64,000 bases of DNA from Vicugna vicugna (Eukaryota): positions 920,020 through 984,019 of the forward strand of contig MU058257.1 of assembly GCA_013265495.1 (NCBI GenBank), read 5' to 3'. The notes under the pieces were generated by a model that did not search any database, was not told where the DNA came from, and worked only from the letters and a program-made list of their open reading frames with translations. The number at the start of each line of letters is the position of its first letter. Position 1 is the stretch's first letter. Shown here piece after piece: positions 25,353-38,623 of the stretch. The translations under genes were made by a program, and so were the position numbers.

Positions 25353-27610
25353 ATTAAGAGAAGATACAGTAATGGCAGGGACATAAAATGCACCTGGAAT
25401 AAGATTAAGAATAACCGACGCTTATTTAAAGGACCATTTTGATTCTAAGATTTCTAATCGCTATCCTGAAAATGATAACCTGGCCATTTAGAAAATGTGC
25501 TGTTCTTGGTTGTGAGCTGGAATAGGAATTCCACTCTGCATAAAGTGAGCACCATTTGAAATCAGAACAATATAATTACAATGGACAGGAGACAGTGACG
25601 TTCACTGAACTGTCTCACATATTGACCCATCGTACGAGCAACTCGGTGAAGCAGTTTCGGGAGATAGTCCTTAAAATCCTGTGTAAATTAGCAGTTCTTC
25701 ACTGAGCTATCTTAATCCATGGTGAAATTTCAGCGTATTATGAGGTTGTGGAATACAGTGCAATCTTCAATTATTTTTTTCCTAAATGTAATTTCTCTCA
25801 GTAGGGCATTTGATGAGCATTGGCAACAAGCTCAAGGTTGCATTTCTTGGCATGGACAGTGACATAAGCTATTCTGTGGTGCCACCAGCCCCCCTCGTCC
25901 ACCTCCACCAGACAATGGGACGCACCACTGAGCTGGAAGGAGAAGTGACCTGTGGGTTGAAGTCAAGAGCTCTGACAGGGGGTGACTCTGCACCTTTATT
26001 CTTTAAGCAATATTCTTTTATATTTTCACAGGAGAAACACACAGGGGTTAATAGCTTTTAGCTGTGACCTTCTCTGCAGCCTATCAGAGACTAAGGAATT
26101 TGAGTCAATCGTACGTTTTTATGAGATTCAAGTATATTAAAGAACGAAGGTATGCCAAAATAAATCTCTCAGTATTGTAATAAATATAATGTTAGGAATT
26201 GAGACCTTACTATGAGTTAATAGTAGCTCGTCTGTCTGGTCCGTGCGTCTGTGTGACTGCATGTTGACCTCATTTGGAGATGTCAAAAATTTACACTGAA
26301 GCCTCCGAAGCCCACACTCTCGACCATCATGGTAGAGGTTCAACCTTACCAAGTGGCCAATTATTAATCATTTGTTACCCACAAAATTAGCAATTGCGTG
26401 TGTTTCCGCCTAACGGAATGCTGAGCTGGACTCCAGCTGTGTTCATCCGAGTCCCCACACACGGGACGTGCTTGTCCCTACTGCCGCTCAAGAAAACGCA
26501 GCAACTTCTCATCTGAATTTGGCAAATCCAGTATTTATTATACCTGAATGCTTTTGGCTCCAGGGCAAAGAGATTTTAAAGACATTTTAAAATTCATGTC
26601 TCCTTTGTGAGGAGGTAGGAGACACAGTAAAGGTGATGAGGGCTCAACAAACAGGAAAACTTCCCAATGATGAGAGCTGTCAAACAAGGCTGATGGCCAC
26701 TGAGGACTGTGACGGGGGCTGTCGGGGGCAGGGGGGGCTTTGACCCGAGAGGCACCCTCCAAGGAGGGACCTGCCAATCCAGAACATCTCCCCAGGTTTG
26801 CTCCCTCCCGGCGACGCAGCCAGGACCGGAGCTGGGCATCCCCGCTGGGCCAGGGTGTCGTAACCTGGCTCTGCTGGACGCTGTACTGGGGACGCTCTGG
26901 GTTTTATTCCACATGCCGACATTTAGAGACCAAAAGCAGGGGAATTCTACTGAAAAACAGGGAGGTTCCTTTCGTTCTACTTGAAAAAAAAATTGCCATT
27001 GAGAAAAGATTTTGAGAGAAATGATACAATGTTCTTAAGAAGCCTGTGTTGAATCCTGAAACTCCATAGCTGAGTCTCATAAAGACAAATGACTTTCTTG
27101 CCGCCAATGGCCCACTAACCCAGCTGGATTTCCTTCTTCTGGGCAGAATCCTGGAGTTCTTTAGATGTTCAGCACTGGGATTTCAAAGGGCTGAATTTGC
27201 TGGAAATTGACTCTGGAGGATAATCTGATCAGGACCGCCTCCCTCATCTGCACTTTCTTGGTTCACGGCGCTTACCTGTGTTCACCTTGATGACAGAGCC
27301 GCCCAAAGAACTGCTCTCAAAGGTGGCCAAATTGCATGGCTCTGACTTAAGCTGGAAGCCAGGGCTGCAGCCCACATCCCACACACCAGCTCAGCTGGCT
27401 CATCCCGACACATAGGACCCCAGGACGAACAATGCCTGAGATATAAAACCTACCCCGCCTCGAGGCTGCACAGGATGAGATGCAGTGATTGCCCCCTTCC
27501 TTCCAGGCCATGTTCACACACAGCGCCCCCAGTCCCCGAGCTGGGCAAGGAGAATGTCCCATTTGCTGTGAAATCGGGTTTTGTTGCAGAAAAACGTGTT
27601 ACAGCTCAGT

Positions 27611-28047
27611 TGTGACAGCAACCTGGATCCAGGGAAGAGACAAGACAGCACTCAGAGAGTTGAAGAACTCAGGTTTATTACGCCAGCGGGCCCACAAGAG
27701 TTAACACTTCAAACACTGGACCCCAGCTGTAGGTTTACACAGGCCTTTATAGGCTGCCAGTTTACACTTTGCAGCATCTTATGCAAATAAGGTATAACAA
27801 AAGTTGACTAATTAGGAACAAGCTTTGTAGAAATGGACTGATCAAGAGGGAGAGAAATAACCAATCAGGAGTGAGCTCAGGGAACCAATAGAATCTTAGG
27901 GGTCAGTTCCACTTTCCTAGAAGTAAGCCGATTCAGAAGCAAAAAGTGAGATAGAGCCTCTGGGCCGGGGAACCAGATGGTGCTGGCAGGAGAATACTGG
28001 CCCTGCCTGGGGGTCCTGCCGGTCTTTTTATGGGGCTTCCCGCCTCA
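27611..28047 (-). mobile_element. Well-preserved ERV solo LTR
   Basis: TG...CA ends. On the minus strand: TATAAA at 27746-27751 and AATAAA at 27674-27679. Octamer at 27781-27788. CCAAT boxes near 27861 and 27886. Confidence 0.8.
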
Positions 28048-29149
28048 GTTTCACTGAATACAGATCGTCATGCTCATTCAGCTCAGTGGGTCTTACTTTC
28101 CCAAAAGCCATTTACATGGGGGAACTAGTGTTTGTCCCTCCCTTACCCGCATCCACAGAGCATTCAGTGATAAGGACCGAGTTAGAAGTCATTTCTTGGG
28201 TTTTCCTTTGATGTTTCCAAAGGGAGGAGAGATTCTCTGCATCCCTCTGTGTGTTCCCTGATGGTGCGGTGAGCCCTGGCACAGCTGGGATGGGAGTGTC
28301 CTGTTTGCAACCCACTAATCACTCACTGAGTGGCCAGACTTCTGATGTGTCTCAGCCAGGAGGCGTGTGGTTTACCCCTCCAGAATGCCATTCTGTTTCC
28401 TGGCTGTCCAGGATCTCTGGAGTCAGGATCAGGTTAAGATGCCCATTCCTACCTCCCTGGTCCACCCCTATCACAGGCTGATAGGTCGTCACTTTCTGCT
28501 CCTTAGTTTTTTCACTGGCTCATAGACCCTGAACAGAAGCAGCCACTGAGAGCCTCCTCCCAGCTGAAGTGACCAAGAGCTGAACAGCAGGGCCATGCGC
28601 CCTGCGCCTCCTCCCCCAGGAGGTCTGCCTGGCTCTGCTCGGCCCATGTCATCTTTCCTCACTCTCCTTGCTGGCTAGACAGCCCCAAGGCATATGCACA
28701 GTGCCTCCATTTTCCTGCATCCCTTTACTCCTCCGCTCGCAGGCTTTGGAATCCTAATTTCTGGTTCTCTGGATTGACTCCCATTTGCATTATATTATTC
28801 AGTCTCTTCTCCTTCAAGTTTTCCCCTAATATAGTTCACGCTAAAGGCTGCTGTTTAAATCTTTATTGCAGGAGAATTTCTAGGGGGTTGGCAATTAGAA
28901 GAAGGAACTATGGGAAATTCCTTCCCCTGTTCCCAGTCAGCTCAGAGCTCTTGAGAGGAGAAAACAGCAAATATCATCACTGATGCCAGCCATGCTCTTA
29001 CCATAAAGGCCAAGAGGCAGAAATGGTTTCTTTGTGTCAGTGCATGTGTGTATTTTAGTTGGTAAAGGAACACCCTACTTTTGTGTGTATGTGGCTGGCC
29101 TGGACAGGAGGATTGAGCTGAGAGGATGTTCTGTGGTGTCACACCAATG

Positions 29150-29378
29150 TATATATATATATTACTATATTTATATAGTATAAATTACTATATATAAAAT
29201 AGATAAACAACAAGGACATACTGTATAGCACAGGGAACTATATTAAATTTCTTGTAATAGCCTATAGTGGAAAATAAACTGAAAAGAAAGTAGATATATG
29301 TATGTATCACTGTACATTTGAAACCAACATTATAAATTAACTACACTTTGATAAAAAATAAAATAAATAAAAAAAATT
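29150..29378 (+). mobile_element. Short L1 3' terminus with A-tail
   Basis: 'aaaatagataaacaacaaggacatactgtatagcacagggaactat' is shared with 5880-5930. Confidence 0.85.
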
Positions 29379-29999
29379 TTTTTAAACTCACCATATCTTT
29401 TTTTCACATCCAGATCACATTAAAGACCCATTTACTTTATTTCAAAAAAGTGCCTCTGATTCAGTCCTGAGTCTCTGGCTATCACGGGCATCCGTACGTG
29501 ACTGAGCCCCATAACTGTAGCCTCTGCCTAGTCATCACACATTTATGAACATTTTGAACCATGATTTTTACTTTTTAACCTGGGGCTCTTCAACTTTCCT
29601 AAAGGGAGAAATCCAGATGATTCCATCAGACCTTATGCTATCATATTAGCTATAAAAGAATAACAATAGGGAGTAAGAATAAATGGAATAACACCAGCCA
29701 GGTGAGATAATTAAACCCATCTTAATCCCTTCATACTGAGAGAGGAATGTCAGCCAGTTTTTCTTCTTCTTTCTTTATTTTTTTTCACTGTGTAAGCTTC
29801 AGCTCTTATTTCATTTCAAACAGCTCTCCCCATCAGGGCTTGTTTTACAGATGTGAATTCACGGAATGAATTAGGTTTTGCTCACGGCATTTGGTTTAGT
29901 GATAATCTGCTTCTCAGAGGAGGGGAAATGAAAAGGAGAAAAAAATTAGCAAAGAGCATCTACCTTACAATGAAATCTAAAGCTACTGAGAGAAAAGCA

Positions 30000-30450
30000 C
30001 TTCCTGACCGAGGCAGGTCTCTGATGGCCACATCTGACATGATCAATGAACCCGACTGCAAAGGGGGAGGAAAAATCACTGTCAGAACTCGCTGGATGTG
30101 TAAAAGTGAAGTGAAAGTCATTCTTTAATGTGGACAAGGTGTGGATGGATAAAATGCTGTCATTAAGGGAGGCCAATAGGTGACACCCCCAAAGAGGTGA
30201 GATCCCGGTCATGGGACACTGTGGAAGACCTGCAGTGAAGAAAGACGCTCTGGAGTCCCAGGTGGGCAACACTTCCTTTCTCTTTAGTGACCCTGTGGAG
30301 TCATGGAATGAGACACTAAAATGACAACCCATTGTCCTGAGCCTGGGCTGCCTCACCTGGAGGCAGTCTGTTCCCTCACTTGGAGAATGAGAGGAGGTAG
30401 ACCTGCCCCAGCTGTCTTAGAAGATGGCACCAGCCTCCGAGGAGATGGAG
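30000..30450 (-). mobile_element. Diverged L2 fragment
   Basis: Purine-rich antisense L2-like sequence. Weak match. Confidence 0.35.
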
Positions 30451-30782
30451 GAGCTGAGTCAGCTTCACAGAGGCTGCAGGTAGAGAGTGTCCAGGTGCCT
30501 GAAGGTGCAGTCAAGCGACTCTGACTTTCCACTGCCTGGGCTGTCTTTTGTGGAAGACTCTCTAAGGGCAGAAAGTAGAGGATGGAGAATTGTGCTCTAT
30601 GGGAGGGTAGCAGAAGGGTGGGGAAAGAGATTTCTGGTTTGCTTCGGTTCTCATCAATTGCAGAACACTTCAACAGACTCGGCTGCTGTCTTTTAAGTGA
30701 AAAGTTCAAAGAGAAGCAGCTAGAGTCATTTTTCGAAGCGGACATCTGGTGACATTATTCCTCTGTTTAAAATCTCACAGTG

Positions 30783-31056
30783 GGTACTAACTACTATAAA
30801 CTACAAAAGAGATAAACAACAAGGTCCTACTGCAGATCACAGGGAACTAGATTCAATACCTCGTAATGACCTACAGTGAAAAAGAATATGAAAAGGAAAA
30901 TATTTTCAGATATATATATATATAAAATATATATGTTCTTCTTCACTATATATACATATATATATATACACACACAGATATAACTGAACCACTATGCTAT
31001 ACACCAGAAACTAACACAACATTGCAAAATGACTAAATTTCAATTTAAAATAATAA
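30783..31056 (+). mobile_element. L1 3' terminus inserted into an L2, with a 15-bp TSD
   Basis: L1 'gataaacaacaaggtcctactg...acagggaacta'. TSD taaaatctcacagtg (30768-30782) / taaaatctcatggtg (31057-31071). L2-like sequence continues across both flanks (about 30715-31130). Confidence 0.9.
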
Positions 31057-32779
31057 TAAAATCTCATGGTGCTTCCTCAACATCTCCCAGGAGAAAGAAT
31101 CCAATGCCTGAGAATGGCCTGAAAGCCACAAAGTGGAAATCCTACTTTGGTTAGATGATTAAGTGAGAAACTAGTACCATTGGCCACGAATCCATGGCCA
31201 CAATAGCAAGAAGAATGAAAAATGAAAGAATATTGGTAATTCTGCCTGGAGCCTAATTTGACTTTCTTAGAGGTGCTGAGGAGTCTTTGGAACTCAAATG
31301 AGAAACCTCTTTGATTAATTAAAAGGATTGAAAGAGAATTTAAAAGAGGCTTCCTCAGGGGCGGCTCAGTGTTGTTTGACACCAAATCACTCGAACACCA
31401 CCGGGCACCTGTACTGCGGGTCTGGGTCTCTCCCTTGGCCCGAGGAACATCATATTATGTCATCCTTATGTTCTGACCCTTCCTCTACAGAAGCTGACCG
31501 ATTCTGAGTTCCAGCCCATTAGGAGACTAAAACTAATTTGATAAACTCATTCAAATGGAGATGTTAATGGAGGGTGATGACTCAACTGGTGGTGAGGAAA
31601 CCCCAAGGGGATCATCCTGAGCGGATGAATCCAGTCCCGGCTCAGAAAGGAACGTTGCCCAGAGGCACCTTGGCAGCCCCGGAGGAGGGACTCTGCATGG
31701 TTTTCTCTCGGTGGGGAAGACGGGGAGATTCTCAGAAACACAAGCCGAGCCCGGGGAGCAGGCACCAGCAGACCCCTGAGAACTGCATGTGGGAAATCCC
31801 TGGGTTGCCTCCTCATGGGCTATTTTTGCATTATTCTCTCCCCTCGTTGTTTCTCCTGGTGGCTAACAGACATTCAAACAAACAAACAGACAAATTCGTA
31901 AATGTTCATGCTTCTATTCAGCACCCAAGTCACCCCTAAAGGTAGCAAAGCATAGACACCTGGCGGGCGAGTCGTGAGGTGGGGAGGGGTGGGAGTCCAG
32001 TGGCCCTGGCCACCCCCTGGAGTTTCACCTTCCCCTGAGGGCTGGATCTGCCTCCCTTCCTCAGGCACAAGCTTGAACCTGCCTTTTGCCTTTCTTTTAT
32101 CCAGCTGGAAAAAGCCTGGACTATACTGAGAAAGGGAAGAGGAAAATTAATATTTGTAACGTATGAACACAATTTACAAAACCTAAAAACACAACACTGA
32201 AAATGTATGAAACGGGGAGACACAACCTTCCAGAAAGATCTATCAGAATTGGGCAGCAAGTGGGGGAGGTGATAGTCACCCCAAATGAGTGTGTGTATTT
32301 ATACAAGAACAATAACAAAATCCTTGAGAATGCCGCTAAATCCACAAAGGACTAGCTCCACTGCCTCACATTTGGGACAAGAAAATGGCACTTCGAATAA
32401 CAAGACAAAACAAAACAAAACAAAAAACAATAAGAACAAATTCCAACAAATCAGAAACAAACACAGAGATTCATATACAACTGGACCTCTGAAAACCTAG
32501 TCAGTATAAACGGGGCGTGGGGGGCAGTGCTGCCTCTCCCACGTGCCCCCGGACCACCCCTCCCATCAGTGTGTGCTTTGCCCTTTCTCGGCTCAGCTCC
32601 CTGTCTTTTCCCTACCAGTGACTCACCAGTCACTTTGGTCTGTCCATTCAGCACAGATATGTGGCAGTCTCTTTGCTCAGCACTCTGCCCTGAGGATGTG
32701 TTGGTTGAAAAGACTAGTGTTACCTGCCCTTCTGGAGAGAAGGCAGACACTACACAGCCAATTACACAGAAATGTGATC

Positions 32780-33540
32780 GCTATTCATTTATCTGGCCAG
32801 TAATTGTATATTAGGCACCTATGTCCTAAGTGCTCCACTTGGTCCTGTAAATGCAACAGGTGACAAAAATAGCATATTCTGTGCCTTCGTGAAACTTAAG
32901 TTCTAATCAAATATAATACAAGGAAACATAAAGCTGCAGAGCTGCAAGGGTGCGGCTGTATGACAGTAAATAACCAAATATATTTACATGAACCTAGAAT
33001 TGGAAAAACTGGAGATCACAGAAAGGCTTCCTTGAGGAAGTGACTTGGGCTGAGAATCTGGAAGAGTCGTGTCGAAGAGGGAAGGTCGTTCTGGTTAGAA
33101 GAGACAGTTTGTGCAAAGTCCTGACAGGAAGCAACATGGCGGACAGGAAGCCTGGGTGGTGGGAGGGAAGGAAGAGAATTGGACGCATCCACAGGGTTTT
33201 TAGGAGGTAAACCTCTAAAGATCTTGGTGATCTGGGCTGGATACAAAAACGCAAAAGATGACTTGAGTTCCTGGTTTCCACGACTAGGAGAGAGCTGATG
33301 CCGCTCACACAGATAACAACAGTGCAAGAACAGGGGGTCGGATAGAGACCCGGATATTAAACGTCACATCTCACTTTCTGGATTTGGCAGTTGACGTAGG
33401 GCAGACTAGAAGAGGTGTGGCTTTGGGAGTTTGGAGACTGACATCCATCTTTGAAAACATTGACTTTGAAGGGCCCGTCAAGTACCCCAGAGCAATTTCA
33501 GGTAGAAAGCTGGATGCACAGGTCTGCAATCTGCAGGGGA
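32780..33540 (-). mobile_element. L2 LINE
   Basis: 'aaggcttccttgaggaagtgacttgggctgaga', 'acagtttgtgcaaagtcctg' and 'agctggatgcacaggtctg'. Confidence 0.75.
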
Positions 33541-36283
33541 ATGGCTTCAGCGTGGTACCCTGGCAACCTTGCACACATCCACCCAGGCAAAGGCACACAG
33601 GCGAGGCCAGAGCTAATCTGATTCTTTGCAGGAAGGCTTGCGACTCTCTGAGAAGTCAAGAGCAAATGTGCGTTGGCGTGGACAGGGCAGGACTTCCGAG
33701 GTGTGGGGGCAAGGACCCGTGCAGTGCTGGAAGTGGATGAGGATTCCATCTTCCAAGAATGTGGTCCCTGGAGTGACCGTGGGTCAGAGAGCACCATTCC
33801 TTTATGGGGGCCACAGGCAATAAGAATCTTCGGGGGCAAACCACGTGTCATCTTCAGTAAAGAGAAGCTATTCCTGATGGTGTCATCTGCCTCCTGCTGA
33901 CGTCACGGGGAATAGATGGGCTGTTCACAGATGTGTGTGTGTGATGGCTCCCTGACCAAGAGGGAGCATGTCTGCCGTCACTCCCCCCAAGCCCCTCCCA
34001 CTTCTGAGGATGCCCCGGCGCCCCCAGGCTTGCTCACTCAGGCAGGGTGACCTTCACGGGGCACGGCCCCCTTGCCTGGGCAGCCCGCAGCTTCTCCCAG
34101 CTACCGTTCTCATTCCCTGCTCCAGCACTGTGGCATTCACTCCCGTGGGCCAGTGCGGGAAGGACAGGGGCCGATTTCACATGTAAACGACATTCCTGTT
34201 GGGAGACACCAACGGCTGAGTGCTCCCGAAATAAAACTTCACTTTGATTCTGACACAGGAAAGTGAGGCGAAGACCACGTCCTCACAAGCTCCCCCGGTA
34301 GCTCAGGGCCACCCGAGCGGAACATGCGGCTGACGCTTACGCAGGTGACGTGGTTTCTGCAAAACAGGATCAGGCATCTCTTTAAAGTTGCCCACTGGAA
34401 CGTCATTGGTTTTATACATTTGCTTCTGTTATATCTGCATTTTTTTGAGGCATAAGTATTTTAATGTTTGTACACATTTCAATAACATTGCACATCAACA
34501 CCGGAATCTATTGATGATTCTTCTGGAAGGAGGGTCTTTCTGTCCGTCACTCTATGTTGAGAAATAGTGACACAAAGAAGCCCAGCAACACAGAAGTCTC
34601 AGCTGAAGCCCGATGATAGCCGCTGCCCGGGGCCACGCCTGGCGGGGCCTCCGCGTTTGCCCATGAGGCTGGAGGATGAGACCATAAGTCTTGGAGTCTT
34701 TGCTCCCAATGCCTGGGAAAGAAGAATTCAGTTTTGCAAATATTGTCTTGTTCATGCACTGCTTTCGCTTACTAAAGGGGGGGGGGAGGAGGGAAGGAAG
34801 AGGTACTTTCATCCACGTCTGGGGCTACCCTGGGGACCATATCCTATCAAGATGGCCTCCACTCCAAGTGCTTGGAAAAGCCACTTGTAATCCTAAAACA
34901 AAAGCCACCTTCCCTCTTCAGGAACAGTCAGCAGTTTAATTATGCTAAGTACTTCTCACCCCAGGAGGCTTCAGGTCGCTGTGTTAAACAACAGAACAGC
35001 ATTCCTTTAAGGCTTGAGGCTAGACGTTTAGAAGCTGGTGAGTGTCTCACATCTGAAAGCCTGCAGTCCTGCAGGTAATTTCCAAGGATTGTATTTTACA
35101 AACTCACTTTCCAATTCAAGCAAAGAGAAGCCCTAATACCCTCGCTCTTCACAAATGATCCTTGGCCTCGCCAAGGTTTCTTAGACAAATATGGGGGAGA
35201 CTTTTAGAACCCACAAAGACAAACATTTGGCTGAACATGTAAATGCAATTGTTCAAGCTGTAAATTAAATGCAATTATGTACAGAGAGTAGTATCTTAAG
35301 CCTCATGCTAATTATACTTGCGAGTTTCAACTCATTAAACTCGGATAATGCTCAGAAAGAGGAGTCTGGCAGCTGCCAGTCATGCATCCCACCGGCCCGT
35401 CCCCTTTGCGGCTTTTGTCCCCGGAGTTCTGCATGTTGGCAAAACCACTTGACATCCAAAGAGTGTAAGAAAAATAGAGGGAGACATCCAGAGCTCATGT
35501 GCATCCCACAAAGGCATTGAAAAAATGTGGCTTCGGGGTACAAAGGAGCAGAGAGGCCTTCGGAGGGGAAATGCTGCTCCTGGGAGGTGATGAATCTTTC
35601 CTCACATTCAACCATCCCTGTCCCTGGGGCAAGGGTCCAGAGCCAGACAGATTCCTCGCGCCTCTCCTTGTGGGGGCTGTTCCTCTCCAGGCTGGAGCTC
35701 GTCGCAGGAAGCAGAGCCCACGCATCACCACGTTGGTCGCTGGGGCCTCATCTCTTTCAGCGTTGCTGCTCTTTTTTGCTGTTTACTCTCACCCCGACTT
35801 TGACCCCTTGGTGACCAAGTGATCTGATAAGTGCATTCCTGGGAAGGGGATGACAATCTGCAAAGCAAGCCAGGGATGTTTGCATTTTTTAAACGCCTCA
35901 TGGGGAGCACGACTTCAGCAGGGAGAACAAATTGCTGATGCTGAAATTTCAGGCATTAATCTAGGAGACATGCAGAGAGAAGCAGCCTTTTCTATAACCT
36001 CCAAACCTCAGGCTCTGGGTCATTCTGGCCACCAGGCTGGCCCCAATCCCAGGCATTAGATTTGTTCAAAAGATGTTGATTCTAAAAACCAGGCATTATA
36101 GTAGGTTCCTGACCTGGGGAAGATCTTATATGAGATGGAGAGAAAGAGATGTGTGTGTCTTGAAGGGCAGAAAGATCTGAGAGTTCAAATTTGCTTTTAG
36201 CCAATGAATTTTGTTATATCCTGTATGTCTGAGATAATCCCAGGCATTCCTCACTGTGTTTTGAAGACTTGGTGCTGTGCCCC

Positions 36284-36699
36284 TGTATCAGTTATCTCCT
36301 GCTGCATAACAAGCCACCCCAAACCACAGTGGATGAAACAACCCCTTAATTAGCTCATTATTCTGCTGAGTCATCTTTGTGCGGTCCCGGCGGTCTCTGC
36401 TGGGCTCTGTCACGTGTCTGTACTCAGTGCGCTGGTGGGAGGCTGGCTTGTCCCAGTGGCCTCACCCACACAGCTGGCGGCTGGCTGGATGTTGACTGGG
36501 GTGAAGTAGGGGACTGGGTCACATGTCTCTTTCTGTCCATCAGGCAGAGGCAGGGCCCACGGGCAGCTGAGGGCTAAGCCCAACGTGCAGACACTTGTCC
36601 AACATCTGCTTGCATCAGCTTCTCTGCCACCCCCCCGGCCGAGCCGACACACGGCCCAGCCCCACCCATCATCAGAGGGGTCGACCCAGAGTCAAAGGC
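36284..36699 (-). mobile_element. MaLR solo LTR (MLT1F/G/H-like)
   Basis: Starts 'tgtatcagttatctcctgctgcataacaagccaccccaaa', the antisense MLT1 3' end. Confidence 0.8.
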
Positions 36700-36814
36700 A
36701 CCTGTGAATTTCTGCTCTTTGAACTCAGATAATGCTCAGAAGGAAGGAATCTGACAGTGGCAAGAGGGACCATTACTGGAAAAATCAACCCAAGCTACAT
36801 ATTACATATATACA

Positions 36815-36897
36815 TTTAAAAAATTTAAGCAGTTTTACATACATAAATTCTTTTCATACTCTTTTTCATTACAGGTTATTACAAGATATTGAATATA
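36815..36897 (-). mobile_element. Small L1 3' UTR fragment
   Basis: 'ttttcattacaggttattacaagatattgaatata'. Confidence 0.6.
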
Positions 36898-38408
36898 CAT
36901 GGTTTTAAACAAAGAAACGAAAACCAGGTGTCCTGCCCTTTAAAGTAGGGCTTCCCAGACCTCTGAGTTCTGTGGACCGAGTAACATTTAAGAAAGAATG
37001 AGGGTACTCCCCTTATTCCTGATGCGTAGGATCGTTGAGATTTTTACTTTGTACACTAAGAATATGAAATTAAAAAAGGTCATCATCATCTACCATTGCC
37101 ATTATTTTGGTAAAAGAAAAGTCATTTCAATACCAAAGCAGGAGCAAGGCGTCATTTCAGAAGACAGTCGTCCTCTAAATAGAACGCATTAGGTTTTACG
37201 AGAAGCTATCCACACTGCCTTCGTTTTTCTCGTTTCGTTGAAGACCACTGGAAACCTCATTCAGAACGGCTGCAGCCAGGTGACCGGCATCTCGGCGCCA
37301 CCGCTGGAGACAGCTGGCAGCAGAGGGCACGGCTCGCTGCCGCGCGGTCGCTGAGTGCGTGTGGAGTGTGCCTGGGAACACTGTCTCCACGCTTCAAGGA
37401 CGGGGCGGAGGGGAAGACCGCCATTTCCCTCGAGACGTCTGTGGCCCAGCCTGGAAGCAAAGACAAGGCATTAATATGAACGGTCAGAAGTTGGGAAGGC
37501 GGAAATTCCGAGTGCAGAAAAGCACTGCACGACTGACAGCGGCGAGGTGGGAATGATGATGGCGGTACCAGCTCAAAGGCAAGACGGAAGGGCCACATTG
37601 TTAACGCATTTTCTGTTTAAATTCCAAATTCCGGCTTCCATGGAAGCTTCTAGAAGGGCCCTGAAGACAATTTTCTTGCCTGCCTACCATGTTCTGTCTT
37701 GTCTGTTTGGGTCGCAGCTCTGCTGGGCAGGACCGCGTTGTCTCATGCGTAAGCCGTGAGCGGCTGTGGTCTGGGCTGCGCTGGTTGCCCCCCTTGCTGG
37801 GTCCACCAGCCACATCTCATTTTCACCTCTCAGGATGTGCTGATGACCCTGACAGGGAGGAGAAAATGGGGTCTCCAACTCCGTTGCTTTCTAAGCTTCT
37901 TGGAATCTCTGCAGAAGAGATGCCCACGGAGACGGTGCATCCAGCCCGGGGACGGTGCCTTTCTTCCTCCTTCTGATAACGGTCTTCATTTTGTCTAGTG
38001 ATGGAGAGATTAGGTGAGCTTAGAATAGGTTTACTTGGGAGGTTTTTCCTAATTTCATGCCTGTGTTCCTGCTGCTCAGCACAGCAGAGGGGGGTGGCTC
38101 TCACTTGAAGATAAGCCCACCAGAAACTGAGAAGAAACCATGGCCAGAATGTAATCACTTAATCATTATTTAGCATCATCCACCATTCAAATAGGATGCC
38201 TTCCCTAGGTTCTAGAAGGGCCACCTTTGGGGAGAAACCTAATTTTAGAACGACTGTAAAGGAAAAACACTCAGTGCAGAAATAAAACTCAGGTCCCTTT
38301 ATTTCAGTCCTTTTCATAAATATCAGTCCCTCTCAAGTCCTGTCTCTTGGCCAAAAGAACAACACATTCACTATTCCTAAGTGAATGGTTCTTTCCTACC
38401 CAGAATGC

Positions 38409-38623
38409 TTTTTTTTTTTTTAAATTGAAATACAGTCAGTTACAATGCGGCACTCTCTGGTGTGCAGCGCAGTGTCCCAGCCATGCATATGTATACATAT
38501 ATTCATTTTCATATTCTTTTCATTAAAGGTTATTGAATATAGTTCCCTGTACTGTACAGAAGAAATTTGCAGTTTTTAAATCTATTTTTATATACAGTGG
38601 CTAACGTTTGCAAATCTCAAACC
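38409..38623 (-). mobile_element. L1 3' terminus
   Basis: Poly(T) followed by 'aaattgaaatacagtcagttacaatg...tgaatatagttccctgtactgtacagaagaaa'. Confidence 0.85.

Noticed and set aside
31470..31597. Candidate exon (ctgacccttcctctacag ... gtgagg)
   Set aside because: It has no recognisable coding content, and similar chance acceptors occur at 23760, 26031 and 29850. It cannot be supported without RNA data.
37260..37570. CpG-island promoter (also about 14850-15400 and 46520-46870)
   Set aside because: The patches are short with no clear first exon or core promoter. Local GC bias is a sufficient explanation.
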